A DNA stretch of 64,000 bases from Podarcis tiliguerta (Eukaryota), in NCBI GenBank assembly GCA_965153285.1, contig OZ229114.1, one strand, 5' to 3'. Position numbers and translations under genes: made by a program. Of this stretch, positions 63,254-64,000 are shown piece by piece. Position 1 is the first letter of the stretch. Each line of letters starts with the position of its first letter. The notes under the pieces were generated by a model, which made no database searches, was not told the DNA's origin, and saw only the letters and a list, made by a program, of their open reading frames with translations.

Positions 63254-64000
63254 GATGCAAATTTATAAATAATTACTATAATATAAATGAAATGCAATGT
63301 ATTGCACCTTAGTGGGGAAGATGTGGTCTGTCTGCCTTCCCAGTCTGCTATCCAAATACTAATTGTTGGTGAGAATCTTCCAAGACTCCCACTCTGTCTA
63401 CTTTACCTATCTTTAAATTGGACTTGGACCAGACAGCCCTTCAAAGAGTGGATGCGTTAAATAAAGGACTGTCCTCTAAAAGCCCTTTACATAGATGGAT
63501 GTCTTTGGATAATAGATGGCTATCCTATGCTGTTACTTGTGGCCTGTTTCATCCAGCTATCACTGACCCATCCTAAAGGGAATTATTTAGCCTTTGTGGA
63601 TAGCTCAGGAGTAGAACATCAAGAGCTCATGTATATAGCCAATTTTCTCTGTTTATACAAGCAGTATAACATCTATCATTTTAAATGTTTTTTTTTAAAA
63701 AAGAAACAACTAATTGCTTAATTTTTCTTCCTCTGGTTCTACTGTTTCTTTCCTGTACAGCTGGGAGGATGAGTTTAAAGGAAAAACTTGTGCTTGATTA
63801 GTTATTCCCAGGGAACTGAGGACTGGTGTTGCTGTGGTATTCAATACCCTTTGGTGTTAGTGTTGATAACAGATAGCCAGTCCAATTTAAAAAGTCATCA
63901 AAAGCATGTTTGAAGTGCCATTGGGTAATTCTGAGCAAGCATTGGAGAACGGCTGTGAAAACAAAATTTGACCTTCAGAGGGACAAAAATCAGGTTAACT

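Noticed and set aside
1935-63721. The many short ORFs in the six-frame track as host genes
   Set aside because: All are 177 aa or shorter, many use non-ATG starts, composition looks random and no domains are recognisable except retrotransposon remnants
63788-63798. TTGTGCTTGAT match to the start of miR-218
   Set aside because: Match stops after 11 nt and no hairpin partner is evident
63716-63925. Strong 3' splice site at 63760 as the start of a coding exon
   Set aside because: Stops in all three frames within about 40 nt and only weak donors downstream; a non-coding exon cannot be excluded
1-64000. CRISPR array, prophage, operon, endogenous retrovirus or mitochondrial insertion
   Set aside because: Eukaryotic repeat landscape; no regularly spaced repeat-spacer units, paired LTRs, gag/pol/env motifs or mitochondrial-like genes were seen

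Overview
Vertebrate non-coding genomic DNA, almost certainly from a squamate reptile and probably a lacertid lizard, judged from two Sauria-type SINEs with (TAAAGG)n/(CCTTTA)n tails and the typical squamate repeat set. No protein-coding gene could be identified: the only ORF-track hits with recognisable protein similarity are decayed retrotransposon C-termini (RTE, L2; degraded CR1 and L2 remnants were read by eye). The window looks like a long intron or gene desert. It is a mosaic of (i) 5'-truncated LINEs (RTE, L2, CR1), (ii) several SINE families (Sauria; tRNA-Ala head with CR1 tail; tRNA-Ile head with CR1 tail; 5S-rRNA head with L2 tail; MIR-like), (iii) many non-autonomous DNA transposons (hAT-, Tc1/pogo- and Harbinger-like MITEs, some with clean target-site duplications, one nested), (iv) microsatellites and (v) about 15 repeat-free, AT-rich blocks dense in homeodomain/TALE motifs that look like conserved enhancers. 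I cannot support a new biological system from sequence alone. The best leads are a stop-containing cryptic exon with an AG|GTAAGT junction bracketed by inverted Sauria SINEs (56.2-58.2 kb), a candidate 15-nt microexon inside a long enhancer-like block (52.9 kb), a 5S-derived SINE family, and a 13-bp micro-inversion inside one SINE. All family names come from recall of consensus sequences, not from database searches, and boundaries without TSDs are approximate.
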